Shown piece by piece: positions 60,060 to 64,000 of a DNA stretch of 64,000 bases. The position numbers were made by a program, and so were the translations under genes. Every line of letters begins with the position of its first letter. Position 1 is the first letter of the stretch. The DNA comes from Deferribacterales bacterium Deferri_01. Its GTDB lineage: Bacteria > Chrysiogenota > Deferribacteres > Deferribacterales > Geovibrionaceae. The stretch lies in contig LUZY01000013.1 in the NCBI GenBank assembly GCA_001603805.1, positions 348,723 through 412,722 on the forward strand, written 5' to 3'. The notes below the pieces were generated by a model. It was not told where the DNA came from. It saw only the letters and a program-made list of their open reading frames with translations, and did no database searches.

Positions 60060-61866
60060 ATCCTAAATCCACAAGCTTATTAACTATCGCCCCGGCCACA
60101 GGAGCAGCACTTCTGCTGCCGGAACCGCCGTGCTGCATAAGAACAGCTATGGCATACTTCGGTTTGTCCTCCGGCACAACAGCACCAAACCATGCGTGAT
60201 CCCGCATGAATTCAGGTATTTCATCCTCTTCCATATGCTCTGTTTTGCTTAAGGAAACAACCTGTGCTGTCCCTGTTTTCCCGCCATAGGTTATTCCGTG
60301 TACTCTTGCTCTGTACCCTGTCCCGCTGGTTCCGTAAATAACCTTGACCATTCCGTCCATAACGGAATCAACAATCCATTTAGGGATCTCAATCTCCGAA
60401 ACAGTTTCCATAGGGGTATGTATCTTAACATCCGTAACAGGATTATGTACAAATTCAACAACTTTTGGTTTCATAACCTTACCGCCGTTGAAAATTCCGG
60501 CAAGCATTACCGCAACCTGAAGAGGAGTTGTTGTCATATAACCCTGACCGATACTGGTAATAATTGTTTCACCCGGATACCATGATTCATTAAACCTGCG
60601 TTTTTTCCAGTCTCTTCCGGGGAAAAAGCCTGATTTTTCATTGGGAAGATCAATCCCTGTGGTTTTGCCCAGCCCCAGAGTTGTGGAATATTTCTCTATA
60701 TCATCAATACCTAAATTAAGCCCAAGTTGGTAAAAGTAGACATCACACGATTCCGCTATGGCATCTATAAGCTTCATAGAACCGTGCCCCGTTTTTTTCC
60801 AGCATCTGTAAGTGAAATTTCCGTATCTCATCTCTCCAGTGCAGTTCACCACAGTATCCAGAGTTATCTTTCTTTCAAGAAGTCCCGCCATGCCCATAAG
60901 CACCTTATAAACAGAGCCGGGAGGATAAGCGCCCTCTATAGCTCTGTTGAGAAGAGGCTTATCCTGATCTGTCATAACAGAGACTCTTTCTTCAGAAGTA
61001 TGAAAAGGGGAAAAAATATTGAGATCATAAGTCGGGGCAGAATAAAGAGCCATAACACCGAAGGTTTCAACATCCAGAACCACCGCTGCGCCCTTTTTCC
61101 CTTCAAAGATGTTATGAACAGCCTTCTGAAGATCCATATCCAGAGTGAGTACAAGGTCATTTCCTGTTATGGTATGTTTTTCTGAAAGGGTTTTGATAGG
61201 ACGACCGTAGCTGTCAACCTCAACCTGTCTGGCACCGTCAACGCCTCTCAGATCCTCTTCATAAACTTTTTCTATTCCTGTTTTTCCGATCATATCCCCG
61301 CTGGAATATGAAAGGTCTGTCTTAAGGTCATTCTCCGTGACTTCTGAAAGATAACCGAGAATATGGCTCAGAGCCTTGCTGTCCATATATTCTCTTACAG
61401 ATTCAATATCAACCTCAAGTCCCTTGAAGTCGTTGTAATTTTCCAGTATCTCAGCGACCTGCTCAAAAGTGAGTCCTCTTGCTATTACGGCTGGTTCATA
61501 AAAATATGACCTTTTTATTGACTTCATAGCATAGTCACGGTCTATCTGAACATATCTTGCAAGCTCCTTCAGAAGCTCGTCAATATCTCCGGCATCCTCT
61601 TTTACCACCTTAAGCTCATAGCTTGGGGTGTTTTTCACAAGGAGTCTGCCTTTACGGTCATATATAAACCCTCTGTCTGCACGCACCTTTACTATTCGGA
61701 TGCGGTTGTTCTCAGACAGTCTCTTATATTTATCGTATTCATGTATCTGAAGATAAACCAAACGCATTATCAAACCTGCAAACACAGCAATGACAAGAGC
61801 CATAGCCCAGTAGGTTCTGCGTTTATAATATTCCAGAACTTCGTCTTTCAGCACCTTTAAAAGCAC
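60031..61866 (-). CDS. mrdA: Penicillin-binding protein 2 (elongasome transpeptidase)
   Basis: N-terminal TM, PBP dimerisation domain and transpeptidase motifs (SVYK, SGT, KTGTAQ). 611 aa. Confidence 0.9.
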   Translation of the reverse strand: MLLKVLKDEVLEYYKRRTYWAMALVIAVFAGLIMRLVYLQIHEYDKYKRLSENNRIRIVKVRADRGFIYDRKGRLLVKNTPSYELKVVKEDAGDIDELLKELARYVQIDRDYAMKSIKRSYFYEPAVIARGLTFEQVAEILENYNDFKGLEVDIESVREYMDSKALSHILGYLSEVTENDLKTDLSYSSGDMIGKTGIEKVYEEDLRGVDGARQVEVDSYGRPIKTLSEKHTITGNDLVLTLDMDLQKAVHNIFEGKKGAAVVLDVETFGVMALYSAPTYDLNIFSPFHTSEERVSVMTDQDKPLLNRAIEGAYPPGSVYKVLMGMAGLLERKITLDTVVNCTGEMRYGNFTYRCWKKTGHGSMKLIDAIAESCDVYFYQLGLNLGIDDIEKYSTTLGLGKTTGIDLPNEKSGFFPGRDWKKRRFNESWYPGETIITSIGQGYMTTTPLQVAVMLAGIFNGGKVMKPKVVEFVHNPVTDVKIHTPMETVSEIEIPKWIVDSVMDGMVKVIYGTSGTGYRARVHGITYGGKTGTAQVVSLSKTEHMEEDEIPEFMRDHAWFGAVVPEDKPKYAIAVLMQHGGSGSRSAAPVAGAIVNKLVDLGYVRTEQEGN

Positions 61867-62308
61867 CGGTAACCTCCGTGATTAACACAAGCGCTGCTAA
61901 AGCAAGAGTGTTTATAAGCAGATAGTAAAGATATGCACTTATGAACGGTGTTTTCAGATAATCATTCATAGCCATATTTAGAAAAACATGGACAGCCACA
62001 AGTCCTAAACGGAAAAAAAATCTGGACAGGAATTTCTGCATGTCGAAAAATACGCCTGCCTTTATTGTGAGAACTCCGTAAAAGAAGTAGATCAGGACTC
62101 CGGGACCAAGATAGCCGCCTCTGATAAAATCACTGAAAAGACCAAACAAAACTGCGTGCCATATATAGTTTGTTTCATCCAGTTTTTCAAGCACAGCTAT
62201 GTAAACGATAAGTACATATGAAACAGGGTTAAGAAACCCCAGAACAGAACTTGCGAGAACATGGAGAATAAGAAGAGTGAGAATCAGCAGCACATAATAC
62301 ATAAGCAC
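61823..62308 (-). CDS. mreD: Rod shape-determining protein MreD
   Basis: 161-aa multi-TM protein in the expected mreC-mreD-mrdA position. Confidence 0.6.
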   Translation of the reverse strand: MLMYYVLLILTLLILHVLASSVLGFLNPVSYVLIVYIAVLEKLDETNYIWHAVLFGLFSDFIRGGYLGPGVLIYFFYGVLTIKAGVFFDMQKFLSRFFFRLGLVAVHVFLNMAMNDYLKTPFISAYLYYLLINTLALAALVLITEVTGAFKGAERRSSGIL

Positions 62309-63099
62309 TACCTTTTCAGCACTAAAACATTTTCCAGCTTATAGAAATCCACCACAGGACGCACAAAAAGATCCTGGAAAAGCCCTGTGTCTTTTTCGTC
62401 CACCCTGTTGACAACGCCCACAGCAATGCCTTTAGGGTAAACACCGCCGAGACCAGATGTTATAAGTTCATCGTTTATCTCAACTTTATCCAGCCTGTCA
62501 TAATAATCCACCACAAGCTGCCCTTCACCGTTGCCGCGGATTATACCCACTGCTCTGGTACGTTTATTCATAATACTTGCGTTATTTTTAATGTTAAGGA
62601 TAACATCCACACGGGCAGTGTTTTTGTAAACTTCGCTGACAGAACCCACAAGACCTTCAAAACTGATCACAGGATCTTTAAGATCTATTCCGTCTTCAGA
62701 ACCTCTGTCAATGATGATATACTTGAGATAGCCGTCAACGTTTCTGCCCACTACATTACACGCAACAGACTGAAAGCTGTACGCCTCTTTAAAGTTAAGA
62801 AGCTTTTTCAGCCTTTCATATTCCAAAACTTTTTCACGGAGGAGAGAATTCTCCATTTTAAGCCTGTCATTCTTCTCTTTAAGCTCAAGGTTATCCTGAC
62901 GGACATACACAAGGTTTATATACCCGCTCCAGACATCGCCAAAAAAGCCCGCTGTCTTGGAAGAGTAATAAATAAAGGGATTTACGACATTGCCGAAAAT
63001 CCCTTTGAATGGTCCGTTAATTTCAGGGTTCTGCACCTGAAGCAGAATGAGGAAAAAAAGAAAGGCTGTTATTCCCGCTATTTTTTTCCAGCCGGTCAT
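62308..63099 (-). CDS. mreC: Rod shape-determining protein MreC
   Basis: N-terminal TM, a coiled-coil region and the MreC beta-domain (GIAVGVVNRVD). 263 aa. Confidence 0.8.
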   Translation of the reverse strand: MTGWKKIAGITAFLFFLILLQVQNPEINGPFKGIFGNVVNPFIYYSSKTAGFFGDVWSGYINLVYVRQDNLELKEKNDRLKMENSLLREKVLEYERLKKLLNFKEAYSFQSVACNVVGRNVDGYLKYIIIDRGSEDGIDLKDPVISFEGLVGSVSEVYKNTARVDVILNIKNNASIMNKRTRAVGIIRGNGEGQLVVDYYDRLDKVEINDELITSGLGGVYPKGIAVGVVNRVDEKDTGLFQDLFVRPVVDFYKLENVLVLKR

Positions 63100-63106
63100 C
63101 GATAAA

Positions 63107-64000
<894 letters not shown>

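Overview
This 64-kb window is gene-dense chromosomal DNA from a Gram-negative anaerobe. Coding regions are about 45% GC and intergenic regions are AT-rich. No rRNA, tRNA, CRISPR or transposase genes were seen. Left to right, the content is as follows. (1) A minus-strand Liv-type ABC transporter operon with an embedded acyl-CoA synthetase, a PaaK-like adenylating enzyme and a CBS+ACT protein. (2) SuhB and a divergent ZapE/AFG1-like ATPase. (3) A [NiFe]-hydrogenase large and small subunit pair whose large subunit lacks the C-terminal maturation extension. The small-subunit gene is translationally coupled to a methyl-accepting chemotaxis protein with a periplasmic CXXCH haem motif and a C-terminal CZB-like zinc domain. 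An XRE/cupin regulator, an orphan CheY-like receiver and a 17-bp perfect palindrome sit upstream. This is the most interesting locus in the window. (4) A 17-kb co-directional minus-strand array: a CsgG-family lipoprotein, two LPP20/FlgP-like secreted proteins, a CHASE2 adenylate cyclase, queC, pfkA, a PduO-type adenosyltransferase, yqeY, cvpA and mutS2. (5) udg, coaBC, rpoZ, gmk and yicC. (6) An SPFH protein and aconitase. (7) An orphan hypothetical protein, a CoA-transferase, a nitrilase-family hydrolase, an AhbD/NirJ-like radical SAM/SPASM enzyme and TonB. (8) An hsp20-dnaJ-hspR-clpB heat-shock operon with a HAIR-like operator, followed by a sigma-70 family factor. (9) A tandem duplication of about 1.4 kb carrying two mosaic lipoprotein paralogues. 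(10) An xpt and BMP-family nucleoside ABC transporter operon. (11) fmdB-like, trxA and TIGR02757-like genes, a large B12/radical-SAM + DUF2344 fusion, and the rodA-mrdA-mreD-mreC-mreB cluster, with mreB truncated at the window end. All coordinates use the ORF track. Start codons were refined by codon arithmetic where an internal ATG with a ribosome-binding site was evident.
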